DNA of 64,000 nucleotides from assembly GCA_000320545.1 (NCBI GenBank), contig ADNK01000517.1, positions 1,556 through 65,555 on the forward strand, written 5' to 3'. Shown piece by piece: positions 49,057-62,643 of the stretch. The position numbers and the translations under genes are program-made. The stretch's first letter is position 1; each line of letters starts with the position of its first letter. Below the pieces are notes generated by a model. It was not told the origin of the DNA, did no database searches, and saw only the letters and a program-made list of their open reading frames with translations. This stretch comes from Bigelowiella natans CCMP2755 (lineage: Eukaryota; Protista; Cercozoa).

Positions 49057-49723
49057 GTGATGGAGGTTGCATGATGAGAATTATAAAATTTCTTCTTTTC
49101 GCAAACTTAACTACTGCTACCAGTATTAATTAAAAACCCGTTGTACATATATGCGGTTTGATGGGCGATTGACGATTACGTGGCCAGATAATGTCTTCTC
49201 CTACGCGAGCGTGCGAAGTAGCTAAGGTCACACAGCAGCTCCTGTTGGCTTTAATGTCCTCATTTTCATCCGCGACTCCCTCCTCCTCCTGCATCCCATC
49301 CGTCACTGTCTCCCTTACTTCCTCTTGCTTTCCCCCTCCCCATTCCGCGAAACAGAACGCCTTCGACGAGGCATTGTACGAGCTCCCGAAGAAAGGAACG
49401 AGAGCTTTCACGGACAGGTTGTTGTTGTTGCACAACAGTCTTCTTGCGCGTACAGTATGATCCAAAGACCTACTCATATGAGATGATCTCTCCTGCCCCT
49501 CTCCGCCTCCTACCCCTACCCACCATTGGCTACAATTTTCATCAGTTCTCTGATAATGGGGATCTTGCGTGACAACGTGACCAAATGGACGAAAAGCGAC
49601 GACGCGGACGAGCACTCACCGCATGACGAGGCGGACCATGATGTCGTTGATGATGATGATGATGAGGGCAAGCGTCGTACCGGGCCTGTGTATAGTGTCC
49701 CACCAGGAACTGCACCAAGATAG
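46901..49723 (+). CDS. Divergent 14-3-3 family protein, multi-exon
   Basis: [82 protein letters not shown]. Confidence 0.9.
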
Positions 49724-50123
49724 CATACGATAGTAGCCGATATAAGTCAATTGTCATTCTAATATTGTAGCTGTGCAGAGCATGTAGCTAAATAATGCAC
49801 CTACTAGTGCACGACACGATATGGACGCGCGCCTACATATGTATTATATACGCAATGTGTTGCTGCTATGGCCCTATCGGCTGCCTTGTGTGCATGGGCT
49901 TTCGGTGATGCCATGCTAGCATGGTTCATGTGTGCATGTGTGGCACATGTTGGTATATTGGTTCATGAGAGGCTGCAGTGCATGCTAGCACATGCTAGCA
50001 TGAGAGTGCACATGTATGGTTGGTACACGTGGAGTTATATGAATGGCCATGTGCACTCAAAAAAAACTTTCATTAGGTATGGCAAGATACCAAGTATGAT
50101 ACAAGCACATACGTGTCTCTTGC

Positions 50124-50710
50124 TCATTCTAATGGTTGAGGTTGATCACTCTCGTTGTAATCTTTGATCTCCATGCTGTCGCTGCTGTCCCACGTAGATC
50201 TGTTGTACGTCCGGCTGCAACTATTTCCCCTTTGCGCTTTCTGCCTTTTCCGCTTCCTCTGCATAACAGCGTTACCATCCTGGTGCCCCATGTCACTTAT
50301 GTCTTCTTCTTCATTCTCCGACCCTCCTTTGTGCTTTGGTTCATCGTCGATCGTTATCGTGATTCTAGCTGCTGCCACGTCTTGCTTCTGCTCCTTCGCT
50401 TTGGGATTGCTGTTTTCGCTAGTAGCCACGTCTTTTGGGTCACTATTGTGGTGGTTTTCGCCACCTCCGCCACTGACAACCGCGGGAGAAAAGGAAGGAG
50501 CAGGAGGAGGGGGAAGCTCTACTGACAGCTCTGGAGATGTGTCGTGAAAGCTAAGAAGAGAAATCGTGCACAAGGAGGAGGAAGGAAGCATTAATCGGGG
50601 AGATTGCACCAGTGATGAAGATGAAGAAGAAGATGATAATGATGATGGTGGTAGATGAATCTTAACGTGTTTCACCACAAAAGCGGCATGGAGAAGAGCG
50701 ACAGTGCAAG

Positions 50711-50750
<40 letters not shown>

Positions 50751-50753
50751 ACA

Positions 50754-50791
<38 letters not shown>

Positions 50792-51249
50792 ATCCTCCCA
50801 GACAACCCTAACACCGTGGTCACTCTGCAGCTTTGCGAGCAATGACTTCCATTGCGCACTGCTGCTACGATGTTTCCTGCGCAACCAGCGGGCGACGGCG
50901 ACGCACAACACAACAACAATAACAACAACAACAACGACAAGAGTAGCAGCGACAGTTTGATAACGTGGACAATGAATGATCAGGGTGAGGAGGCATCAAG
51001 CCATCGTGTGGAACGGTGAATGCATTTCCATTAATACTACTTTCTTTCTGCTGTCGCCTGCTTGCTACTTACTACCACTACTACCTGTGGATGTAGATGG
51101 CTTTGATATCCGACAGCTGCAGCCTATCAACGAATATCAATGCCTACAGTGATAATGCGTGAATCATACATACATCAGAGCCTTGTCGGCTAGGTATTGA
51201 AAGCACCGATCAGCCTCTATTTGCCGGAGGGCAAGGATCAAATCACGTT

Positions 51250-51316
<67 letters not shown>

Positions 51317-53469
51317 CGATATTATATGTAAATATATATATACGCTGGCCCTATCGTCATATTATGTACTACTATCATCAAACGACATTATTCTAGTATA
51401 TTGCATCCCCCCCCCCCTCTCATCCCTCCCCCCGCTCTGCTATCCTGAAATATGGTCTTCTTCTTCTTCTTCTTCCTCCTCCTCCTCATCCTCTCTTATC
51501 GGTCTTCTTACTTACAGTAGGAAATGCTGGGTATCCTAAGTAGGCACTAAACCATAGCCTCCCAGCTTCACATTATTCCGTGTATTAGCAGAAGTAGTAG
51601 CAGTGGTAGTAGCAGTACCGATAAAAGCACACACACACACACACAAACAAGGGGGGGGTGAAGATCGTTAATGCAGCGGGAGGAGAGATGTACTGAAATG
51701 CGAAACACAGCAGCAGCAGCAGCAGCAGCAGCAGACACACAGTAAACAGCACTTGCCATGCCCTGAGGCACACATAATACCTTTTGTGTCCCCTTGATCA
51801 TAGTAAGTCTGGGGAGGGAGGGTGGGGGGTGGGTGAATAATAATCACTGAGAAATGTTATACATATAAATATATTGCATACGGCGTCGTCGTTGACTATT
51901 TTACATGATCCTCTCCTTCCTCCCCCCCCCCCCCCTTTTAAAAAGGGGACCCTCCCCCCAACATACCCCTTTTTCGAAGGTCGCGAATCTGCTCTGAGTC
52001 CATACAGTTCTACCCAGGGGGGTGGGGAGGGGGAGGAATGACAAGGGGAAAAGGAAAAGGGGGGGGGGTAGCCAGCAGGGGAGAGGTAGGAGTGGGAAGC
52101 AATACGGAGGATCGTTCGATTAGGTGGGATGCAGCAGGCAAAAAAAACCAACAAGTATGAAACAGAGGAGGAGGAGGAGGAGGAGGAGGAGGAGGAGGAG
52201 GGACAACGATAGAAGCAAAGGCCATCAGCAGCAGCAGGAGGACTACTACTACTACTACTACTACTACCACTACTACTACTAGTCCTCCTCTATATGCATT
52301 CAATATTCTATAGCATGCCATATCCCACCGCAACGAATGGCTCGCAGTGCTTAAAGGTTGCGACCACATCCTCTCTCTCTTCACGTCGTCGTTGTCGTCG
52401 TTTGCCTTGCTTCTTATTGCTGCTGCTGCCTATATCATCATTGCCATAGCTGGAGTCGTTATCATCGGTAAGATTGATGGTGATGGAGGAGGAGGAGCCG
52501 TGTTTCTTTCGCAAACCGCTATTCCGTGTCAATACGCCTCTTGTGGCAGTAGCAGTAGTAGAAGTAGTAGTCGGAGCAAGAGAGGAGGACGATGACGATA
52601 AGGAAGCAGCGCCTCCCCCCCCCCCTCCCTTGGCATCATTGCTATCTCCGGAACTACCTCGGCATGCACGCCTTGCTACGATCACAATCCTGTTGTATAT
52701 ATATCGTATATTATATCATTGATTTGTCTTTCTATGCTACCGACCCTCACACACTCCTATTATTACTATTTATGCGTATTTGCTTTTATGTAAGATAGCG
52801 AGGCCTTTCAGCATCTATTGAGATACGCAAGATGCACACGCACACACGCACACACGCACACACGCACACACGCACACACACCTGGAACGAAGACTCGGTC
52901 TTTGCTTGAGTGTTAGATAGGAGAGTCCCTTCGAACGGCTGCACACCATCAGCATGATGAGAGCACGATCAGGGGGAGGAGGGGGAGGAGGGGCTCATGG
53001 TGATGAAGATCGCCAATGGCGCAGGTGATGATGATGAAGAAGGTAATAATAATGCGGCGACGGCGATAGTGACGATGGTGATGCTGATGACTGTGTCATC
53101 GTTAGCAGCAGCATTCACGCTGTAGAGCGCGAAACCCACAAATAGCACGCAACGGATATACACGCGCATAGTACGATGGGGAGAAGGATATGGGGGGGGG
53201 GGAGGCAACTGGCACTACTGCGCCAACAGCATGCATGACATGATGATACCTTTCTCTATCACCGTGCGGGTCTCCGCACACATTCAAACGGCCAAAGATA
53301 GGAGCAGGACTACAGGAGGAGGAAGAGCAGCAGAGGACGGGAGAAGAAAGGAGAAGAAAGGAGAGAGAAAGATAAAATGACACAGTTGCAAACACTATGT
53401 ATGGGCACACTGGACGATAGTAAACTGTCCTTCATCGTCATCATTTCCTACCCTGCACAACTCTCCGAA

Positions 53470-53512
<43 letters not shown>

Positions 53513-55689
53513 AATTTCTCCTCTTCCTCCTACAACCCTCTTTTCTTCTTCTTCTATGTTTTTTTTCCTCCTCTCTTAAATACAGCTGCTGCTGCTACTA
53601 TTACTACTACTACTACTACTACTACCTCGCCCTCACGACTTGGCGCATGTAAGGTTCGGACATCTCGATCGCCTCTATTCCTGGGAGAAGGCGACCGTTG
53701 CTGTCGTGAGGCAGAGCTGCGGACAGCGTTCCAGGCTGCTCGACCAAACTGCGGAGCAAGCCCTCCGACGAAAGATCTAGCTACGATAGACATAATATGG
53801 AGGGGGAGGAAGAAGAAGAAGAAGAAGAAGAAGAAGAAGAATATGCGAATAAGGAGGAGGAGGAGGAGAAAGGGTTAGACTAACTTCGAGGGCAATGATG
53901 AAAAAAACCACCAAAGGTGGCGCTGCTGTCGCTGCTTTGCTCTTCTACCTCGATATTCACATCGGTTTTCTCCCGAAGGAAGGTCATGATCAGCTCCCTG
54001 TCATTGGCGCTGTAGTGGCGAAACAGCAGCTCAAACGCATCATCAGAGTTTACACCGGAAGTCGTTGCTATCGATTCCACCATTTCCATGAGCATGCTGC
54101 TGCTAGTCGCTCTATTGCTGCTGCTGACGTCAGCGGAAGGAGGAGGAGGAAGTGTTTCGATATTTGTAGTCTTAGCAGTTGTCGTAGTAGTAGTAGTAGT
54201 AGTAGTAGTAGTAATGGTAGTTGCGGTGGGGGGAGATGTTGCTGCCGCTGCTACTGATAACGTTTTATCGGTACGATTGCGCTTGCTACGGCGGGTGCTG
54301 CGACGGTACTTTCGTGTCGTCGTGGATGATGGGTTGTCTGCAGGGGCAATAGCACTACCACCACTATTCGTCGTCGTCGTCGTCATCACCAGCATCTCTT
54401 CAAATTGCTGCTTTGGCTCTTCTTTCTGTGTCTCGTGCTGCTCTTCTTCTTCTTCTTCTTCTTCTTCTTCTTCTTCTTCTTCCAAGTTCATCTGGTTTCC
54501 CTCTTTGCTCTCCCCCTCTCCCTTCTCCTCCTCCTCCTCCTCCTCCTCCTCCTCCTCCATCTCTCCTTCGTTTTTCCAACAAGCACTGCTTTTAGGAATT
54601 TGCGTTGTTGTCGGAATAGAGACCGTGTTTATTGTCTTCGTCGCAGTCGATGCTTTGTTGCTACCGTTACTCTTTCTAATGCCGTCCCATACAGGCTCTA
54701 TTTCATTCGACTGCTGCTGCTGCTGCTGCTGGTGGTGCTGCTGGTGTCCTCCTTTTTCTTCCTTGCCTGTGCTATCATCGTCGTCGTTGTCGTTATCGAT
54801 TCGATCTGGTTTTCGGGTCTTTCGCGCTGATATGCCCTTGGTAGTCGTTGCACCCTCGCGTTTATTCATTTTCCCTGACGTGGACGAGCACCTAGTAATG
54901 ATTGCAATCTGGCTGCTGCTGCTGCTACTGTTGTTGTATTCTGGTACCGTCATCATCGTTGCTCTCTTTGTAGATGCCGGGATCTTCTTCTTCTGCTGCT
55001 GCTGCCATATGGCCAACGAAGAAAGGGATGAAGTTGGGTATGACGATAGTCTTTGAAGACTACTCTGGTGTAGTTTCTTGTTCCTTTCATTTTGCTTCTC
55101 CTTACCCATCGCTCGGTCACCATTATGCGCTGAATATTCTGCATCATTGGAGGATAAAGTCTCGCATGTTTTCTTCCCTTCTGTATCTTTTTCTTCTTCC
55201 TTTTTTTCTTCTTTGACACAGTTTGCTGCTTTGTCCTCATTATCTTGCATCGAATAAGAAGACAGGAGGTGGTCCTTCAAGCGGTCGTCCTTTCATCAGA
55301 GTGATATAATGCAGAGAGGAAGAGAGAGGAAGAGAGATAAATGGAGAACGATAAGTGTTCGCATATTCAAGTAATAAAAGGAAGATTGTTGCATTAAGGA
55401 TCATCACGCAGATTTGCCTCTCAAACATAATAAGGTCCCTCTCATCATATCTTCTTCTCGTGTCGACGACGGACTCGCCCTTGTCAAAACCACTCACCAT
55501 GTCTTCGCTATCCTCTTCGGATGTCACCGCTATTCCATCATCATCATCCCCAAGCATATCTGCCGCTTCATTTCGAGAGGAGGATTGCTGCTGCTGTAGC
55601 TGCTGCTGCCGTCGCTGGTGACGATTATGCTCATCGAGTGAGAGCTTGATCGCTCTCTCCAGTTCGGGATCATTTTCAGCGCCACTCAT
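50124..55689 (-). CDS. Large low-complexity hypothetical protein with N-terminal UIM, multi-exon
   Basis: ENDPELERAIKLSLDE is a UIM-like motif. A 466-codon acidic/Thr-rich exon lies at 53880-55280 and there are several small downstream exons. Full exon chain not resolved. Confidence 0.5.
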
Positions 55690-56099
55690 CCCGCCCCCCT
55701 CTTGCCTCTCCTCCTCCTCTATTATTTCCCTCTCGTCCTCTCCAAGTGCTCTCTCCCCTCGATCGTATCCTCGGAGATAGAGTCGACACGCTTTGGGAAA
55801 ATCATGTAATTTACAGGAATATTCCTTGTCGTATGCGATAAATCCCCTATATGCCCATCGCGCAAGGTGGGGACTTCTTTTTCCACAGGAAACATCCAGA
55901 AAGCAGCTGGAAATATGTACGGCAGTTGGGAGAAATTTCTTGTTGGTTAGTTACCTGTAGTTAGTTCGTTACCTCTCTAGTCGCATCCTTGACTTCACTC
56001 TTTCATGAGGGCTCCCTATTCTATCAAAATTGTATCATCCAGATATATTTGGCTAGTATTTATGTCTAAGTCATAACACGACGCAGAACACATAAACAA

Positions 56100-56590
56100 A
56101 TGGAGGACCGGCCCACCGTCGCAGCGGCGACGGGGGAAGGAAAGGAATCCGGAGGCACCGCCAAGAGCCTGGATAAAGCCAAGAATGCAACAGGGGAACG
56201 AACTTCTTCGAGAAAATCAGGTGATGTGCTCTGTGGTGTTTGCGGGGGGCGAGAAATAAGCGGGAACCAGGCCACTGTGCAAAGCAGCACAAAGAAGTAT
56301 TACCGCCGGGGGAGGGGATAGATGTCAAGGTTGCAAGACAGGTGGCAGCAAGTTGTTTTTCCGACACTAACATCGTGCAACTGGTTTTGCATTGTTCTGG
56401 GTACTACTACTTGTAAGCAGAAATAGTAGTAGGGCGTGAAGAGGGAGCAGGCTCCGACAGGGATGCCGAAGAGAAGGAGGAGGAGGAGCTCGTCATCGCA
56501 GCTTTATATAAGTTCTTCGACCTGAAAAGTATTTTAATGCTCCTAGATATCCTGCTGCTACTTCCTTTCGTTCCCCATCTGAGCCTATAT

Positions 56591-56630
<40 letters not shown>

Positions 56631-57241
56631 CACATATATATTCAGCGGGCCACATGTTAATTGTCGTTAATTGTCACTTTTATTTGGGTTGAGGAGTTAA
56701 TTTTCCACGTTGATCCCTCAGACTACAAAGAGCTTCGCAATCACCTTCTTGCACGTTGCGAGCTTAATGGCGTGACCGGTGTCCTGATAGTGGTAATAAT
56801 CAGGATCTCTCGTGTCGCGTCCTGTGTAATATGCACTTCGTCGCCCACGTCGTCGTCACCATCATTATCATCATTATCATCATCATCTTCACCATCATTA
56901 TCATTAGTAGCAGTAGTAGCAGTAGTAGCAGCAACATCGTTGTCCATCATCACCATGATGGTTTTCAATTGGCCAATAGTGAGAAACAACGATATTAAGG
57001 TAATTGAATGGTGTTGGCGCATAATAGGCTCCGGAGGGTATCAACGGCACGATCTGTGGCACACGGAAGGGCATCGATAAGGTCGTTACGTTCATCAAGA
57101 GCCTCGAGGTAGTAGTAGCTAGTAGAAGTGGAAGAAGTGGCACCCTGTGGAGCCGCTGCTATGAGTTGAATAACCTGGGAGGCGACGTTCGGGGTTGTTT
57201 TGAATTATTTTGAAATGTAAATAATACACACACACACACAC

Positions 57242-57284
<43 letters not shown>

Positions 57285-59090
57285 TCATAATCATACAAAT
57301 GATGTCAAAAGGGTGTCGGCGAGTTGTCTTATAAGGAATCAAAAATTCGGCTCAATGAGCGTCCAGAAGGGGCCTTTTTTAGGATGCGCGTTCGAATCAA
57401 GAAGGAGATTGGTAGTTTGTTTGCTCTTTCTCTTCTCTTGATCAATTCCATCATAATCGTCTTCTTCTCCTTCCTCTCGATTTCTCTGGCTCATCCTCAC
57501 TCACTACCTTCGTTTGGTTGTTCACGATAGTGACGATGGGGATGACCGGTCTTGACCCGGCAAAGACGGTGGGAACGTACATCGAGCCTAAGGTGTGGGT
57601 TCGTCTGCCTGCTGCTTGTCATTGCTCATCACCGCGACATAAGGATAAAATTCCATATGCATACATTCACCAACTACACACATATGATGCATAGATCGCC
57701 ATGCTATGTGCGACGCTTTTCACGTCGGAAACCCCGTAGTTTCTAGAGCTTGTTGTTACGGCCTCCTCCTCCTGCTACCACTAGCTCGTTTACTCAGGCC
57801 ACCACCACCCTCACCCCCCCCCCCCCCCCAATAACACCTATAGGATTGGAACGCTCTCATTGACCGGGAAGACGTTCGTCTCATAGACACACGCAACACG
57901 TACGAGACGCTCATCGGCACCTTCAAGGGCGCGGTGGACCCTAAAACAGAATCCTTCCGGCAATTCCCCGAGTAATTCTTGACTCGTGTGCGAGAGAATT
58001 AGTTGGGAGGGGGGGTGGGGGGGAGAGAAGAGGAGGAGGGACGATGCTATTCTGCTGGCGGTGAGTAGCTGACAGCACTGCGCAAAAAAAAATCCCAAAA
58101 AATATATATATATTATTGAATTTCATATTCTCAATAATATATATATATATACATTGATCATCTGTCATAAATGAAGATGGGTTGCGAAGAACCTCGATCC
58201 GAAGCGAGACAAGAGCGTCGCAATGTTCTGCACGGTACTACTATTACGTTAGACGTGCACATGCACAACGTTCCGAGCATCACCCAACGACATCTTAACA
58301 ATCCCATGTTACGTGGGGGGGGGTGGCCAATAGCAGTTACCACGAGATTTCTTTTGTAGAGTTAAGAATGCCACAGATAGAAGTGGAGGGGTGGGGGGGG
58401 AGGAATGCTTCACATAGCACCCGTAAGTTTGAATATCTGATACACATTACCATGGCTCTTCTGCGGCATTTGGCTGCTTGTTTTGGACTCAGCGACAGGG
58501 AAAGACGTCGTCTTCCCTCAATCAGTCAATCAATATATCGATCACTGAATCGTCGCTTAAGAATTTACACTTCACACACACACACACACACACACACACA
58601 GGGTGGGATTCGATGCGAGAAGGCGACCTCCTACTTGCTGCAGAAAGGTAATGACGTTTCGCAGCGTTTGCTTCCTATCGAGGAGATATGCGTGCATGAA
58701 TTTGTGTGTGTGTGTGTGTGTGTGTGTGTATGCAATACAACAATGTGCCCCTCCACGGCTGCTGCCAAAATACTACTACTTGCTACTATACGTCGTCGGT
58801 GTGTGCAGATTAGCTCTATCTTTACTACAACTACTACTACTACTACTGCTACTGCTATTCCTACTAACAACATTGCGTTCACTGCTGGAACTTAACTGCT
58901 CCTTACTTCGCTGGTACTACGATCTAAGGATTTGAAAACGTCTATCACCTGAAAGGAGGGATTCTCAACTATCTCAAGGTAGGGAGGGGAGAAGGGAAGG
59001 AGGAAGAGCTAAAAGAAAGAAGAAGAAGAAGAAGAAGAAGGACAAGGAAGGGTAGCAAGTAGATAGAAGAACCAGCTTTGAGGAGTATGA

Positions 59091-59126
<36 letters not shown>

Positions 59127-60582
59127 TATATCAATTTTTACAAATATATAGTATTTAAAAACAATATTTTTGTAGTTTTTATATATTTATTTTAACTAGT
59201 ATCATTGCGATTATTTGTTTCCCACCACCAGATCATGTGGTAGTATTTGTAGCAGTAGTAGTAGTAGAAGTGGTGGTGGTGCTATAAAATGATGATTATA
59301 AATAGGAGTAGATATTATATCTACTACTACTACTGCTACTACTACTACACCGCAACAGCCAACCCTGCTTCCTCCCCCCCTCCTAATCTCGCAGGAAGTT
59401 CCTGAGGAGAAGACGATGTGGAAGGGCGAGTGCTACGTTTTTGATGAGAGGGTGGGTAGAAGGAGTAAACAGAATGTGGTTTGTTTTGATTTCTAAGTAT
59501 ATCTTCCTCTTCTCCCCCCCCCCGTCCTCTTCTCTATGTTGCGAATGTTTGTCCAAGGTGTCTGTGAGTCATGGTCTGCGCGTTGGAACGTATGGGAAGT
59601 GCCGTGCTTGTCGAAGGCCCCTCTCGTAAGCAATGAAAGAAGAAGAAGAAGAAGAAGAAGAAGAAGAAGAAGAAGAGATGATCCTCATCATGCCTCAACC
59701 CCGCAATATCAAACCACCTTCAACTCTGCTACCACTACTACCACTACTACCGCTATTACTAGGATTTGCTGTTCTGCAAGAAGACGGTTGAGCAGCAGTC
59801 TTCTTGCACGGCAAAAAATCATCGGTGCTCTCTCCTCCTAGCCCCCCCCCGTCGCGAAACAACCAATTCAAGATTCCATACTATTCTCATTCTATATCGT
59901 CCTGTACTTGATTAGGGAAGAAGGGAAGAAGCACCAGCACTACGAGGTTGATGTGCCAATGCACACACATGATTAAGAGCGTTTGTTGATGATGAGTCTG
60001 GCTGTGAAAAGAAGAGCAGAGCGTGTTCTCAAATGTGAGAAGAGGGGCGGGGGGTTGCTGGAACACGTTGATGCTGGGGGGGATTATTAGCAATAAAGTC
60101 CATGGACAAATAATCAAAATTGCAGCAAGATTTACTCACGTAATACTTCCTAATCGCATAGGAGGGCGCGAGCTGTGAGCTGTGCTACTCAGAGTAAGAA
60201 CAATAAAACATTTGACCATTATATCATCATCCTAAATTTTTTTTTGGATTCACATCCTCTCCCTCCCGCGCGTGTATTGATTGATTGCTTCGACCATGCT
60301 CACCACCGTCACCGTATCGTTTATCAGGTACACGGAACAGCAAAGGCAGCGGTTTCGAACGCGCCACCGGGCAATCGGCCTTGCAAAGGTAGTTCGTGGT
60401 GATTGTGTTGGAGAGAATATGAAGATAATTCGTTATTGTTTCTTCTTTCACTGCTATCCTTTGTTGAGGCACGTGGTGTCCCCCATCTTGGCAGCGCTGC
60501 AAGATCTGCGAAGGAGACCAAAAAGAGGGCTCGTGCATGGGCGGAGCTTACCGAAGAGCCGTCCAGCACAGCAACTATATAA
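56100..60582 (+). CDS. UPF0176 rhodanese-domain protein (TrhO/YceA-like tRNA U34 hydroxylase homolog), multi-exon
   Basis: [113 protein letters not shown] at 60580-60582. Confidence 0.9.
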
Positions 60583-60997
60583 CTATATATAGCAGCGCCG
60601 CGATATGATAATGTCACGGATATAATGAAGTCATGAAAGCCATATAACATATCATCTGTGCTTATTGCAATATGCTTTAAAGCGTACATGTTCATATTGT
60701 AGCAGCATGCCGGTAGCTAGCAATCTCTTTGTCTTCTTCTTCATCTTGTAAGACATATTTGATATGTCCATGCACACGTACATGCAATCGTGCGGGGCAG
60801 TAAAATAGTTGAATACGTGCATACAAACATGTTGCGTACGTACGTGCATCTGCTAGGTCGCTGACGTATGTGCTTATTAAGAAGCATGCAATAAGCCGCT
60901 GCTCCGTGCTTGAATAATGAAAATTTTACACCTGTAGAGGCTATGCTACGCATGCGTCTAGACATAAGTTTGCACGACGCTATATGCATATTATATA

Positions 60998-61039
<42 letters not shown>

Positions 61040-61162
61040 ATATGTAATATTCACAGATGCAGAAATAGACGACGACTGTATTTGTAAGCGTGATGATCCA
61101 ATCCGTATTGGGGACTTGGGTACTCACTCAAAGAACAAATACATGCATCGATGATCGATCGA

Positions 61163-61550
61163 TCAATCAGCTGGTTTGGGACTCAATTCTTCTTCAAAGA
61201 GGTCCGTCATGCTCACTCCTGTTGGCAGGGGTGGGGGGAGGTCGTTTTCGTCATCGTCGTCGTTAGCCTGAGAGGGGGAGTCCTTTTGCTTCTTCTTTTC
61301 TTGATAATTGATGGGTGGTACAGGCGGTGGGCTGCTGCCGTTCTTCTTGCCCTCTTGCTGCTGCTGCTGCTGCGTCGTTGTTCTGACTACTTGTTGGGGT
61401 TGTATAGTACCATCGTTGTGGTCGTTGCCGCTCCTAGAGAGCGGACTACTTTGAGGAGTTAGAGCGTTAAGGCTCTCCTCCTCCTTCACCGTCTCCAGAT
61501 ACTGCGCTTGCTGCTTCTGCCCTCCTCCTCGTAGCATCATCATTCGTTTT

Positions 61551-61589
<39 letters not shown>

Positions 61590-62607
61590 ACTATTGACGA
61601 GGAGGAGGAGGATGAGGATGACTGGGAAGATGAAGAAGAAGAAGACCCGCTTGTCTTCTCTATCCTCTTACGCGCCGGTATCGGCGGGGGCACATCGTCA
61701 TCATCATCATCATCGTCGTCGTCTAGATCAACCTCCTCCTCCTCTTCCTCTCCCCCCCCCCCATCGCCATCTGCCGGCGGCTGCTCAGGCCCCATGGAGT
61801 GGATCTCTCCGAACATCTTGGACCGCGCCGCGAGAGATCTTGGAAGCACCTCAAAGATGTGCGTTGGGCGCTTGATGCCTTTGAGGCCGTGCCAACCTAG
61901 GTCTCTGAGCGCGAAGCTGCCCCCCCCCTCCGGGAAGATCTTGGCATCGAGCTGCTGCGCCTTTTTGATGTCTTCGAGCACGTCGGAGGTCACTAAGACT
62001 TGGCCCCTGTTCGTGTTGTTGTTGTTGTTGGTGTTGTTATTGCTGCTGCTGTTGTTATTATTATTATCACATGGTATTATTTGTTATCACTAGTAGGAGG
62101 AGGAGGAGTTGTATTTAGTAAATAGGCATCATCAGCAGCATCATCGTCAGCAGCAGCAGCAGCAGCGGAGAGAAGTGATGAGCCAAGTGATGATGACGAC
62201 AATCGTCGTCGTCGTCGTCAATTCTAACGCCATACACCATAATTTCCTCCTCCTCCTCCTCCTCCTCCTCTCGCGATATGAGTGATGACGAGTGATTGTG
62301 CGAACTCGTCTTTATCATCATGCAGCATAGTAGTATGGAGAAGACAGCCTTTGGACTACCATTACTACTACTGCTACTACTACTGCTACTACTACAACTA
62401 CTACTGGTGGTGGTGGTGCTGCAAGTACCCATTGGCGGAATGAGCTACACGGGCAGACTTGTTCACACTGGGGCCATAGTAATCCATCCGTCCAGTCGTC
62501 GGCGCCCTCTTGCCTTTCGGAAGGCCTACTTGCATCCCTTTTGGAGAGGGAGAGGGGGGGGGGGAGAGAGAGAAAGAGAGAGAGTTAATAGGAGATATAT
62601 TAGGAGG

Positions 62608-62643
<36 letters not shown>

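Noticed and set aside
53895-55216. Long plus-strand ORFs with poly-V/S/L/C (also 19244-20329)
   Set aside because: Antisense shadows of trinucleotide microsatellites in minus-strand genes.
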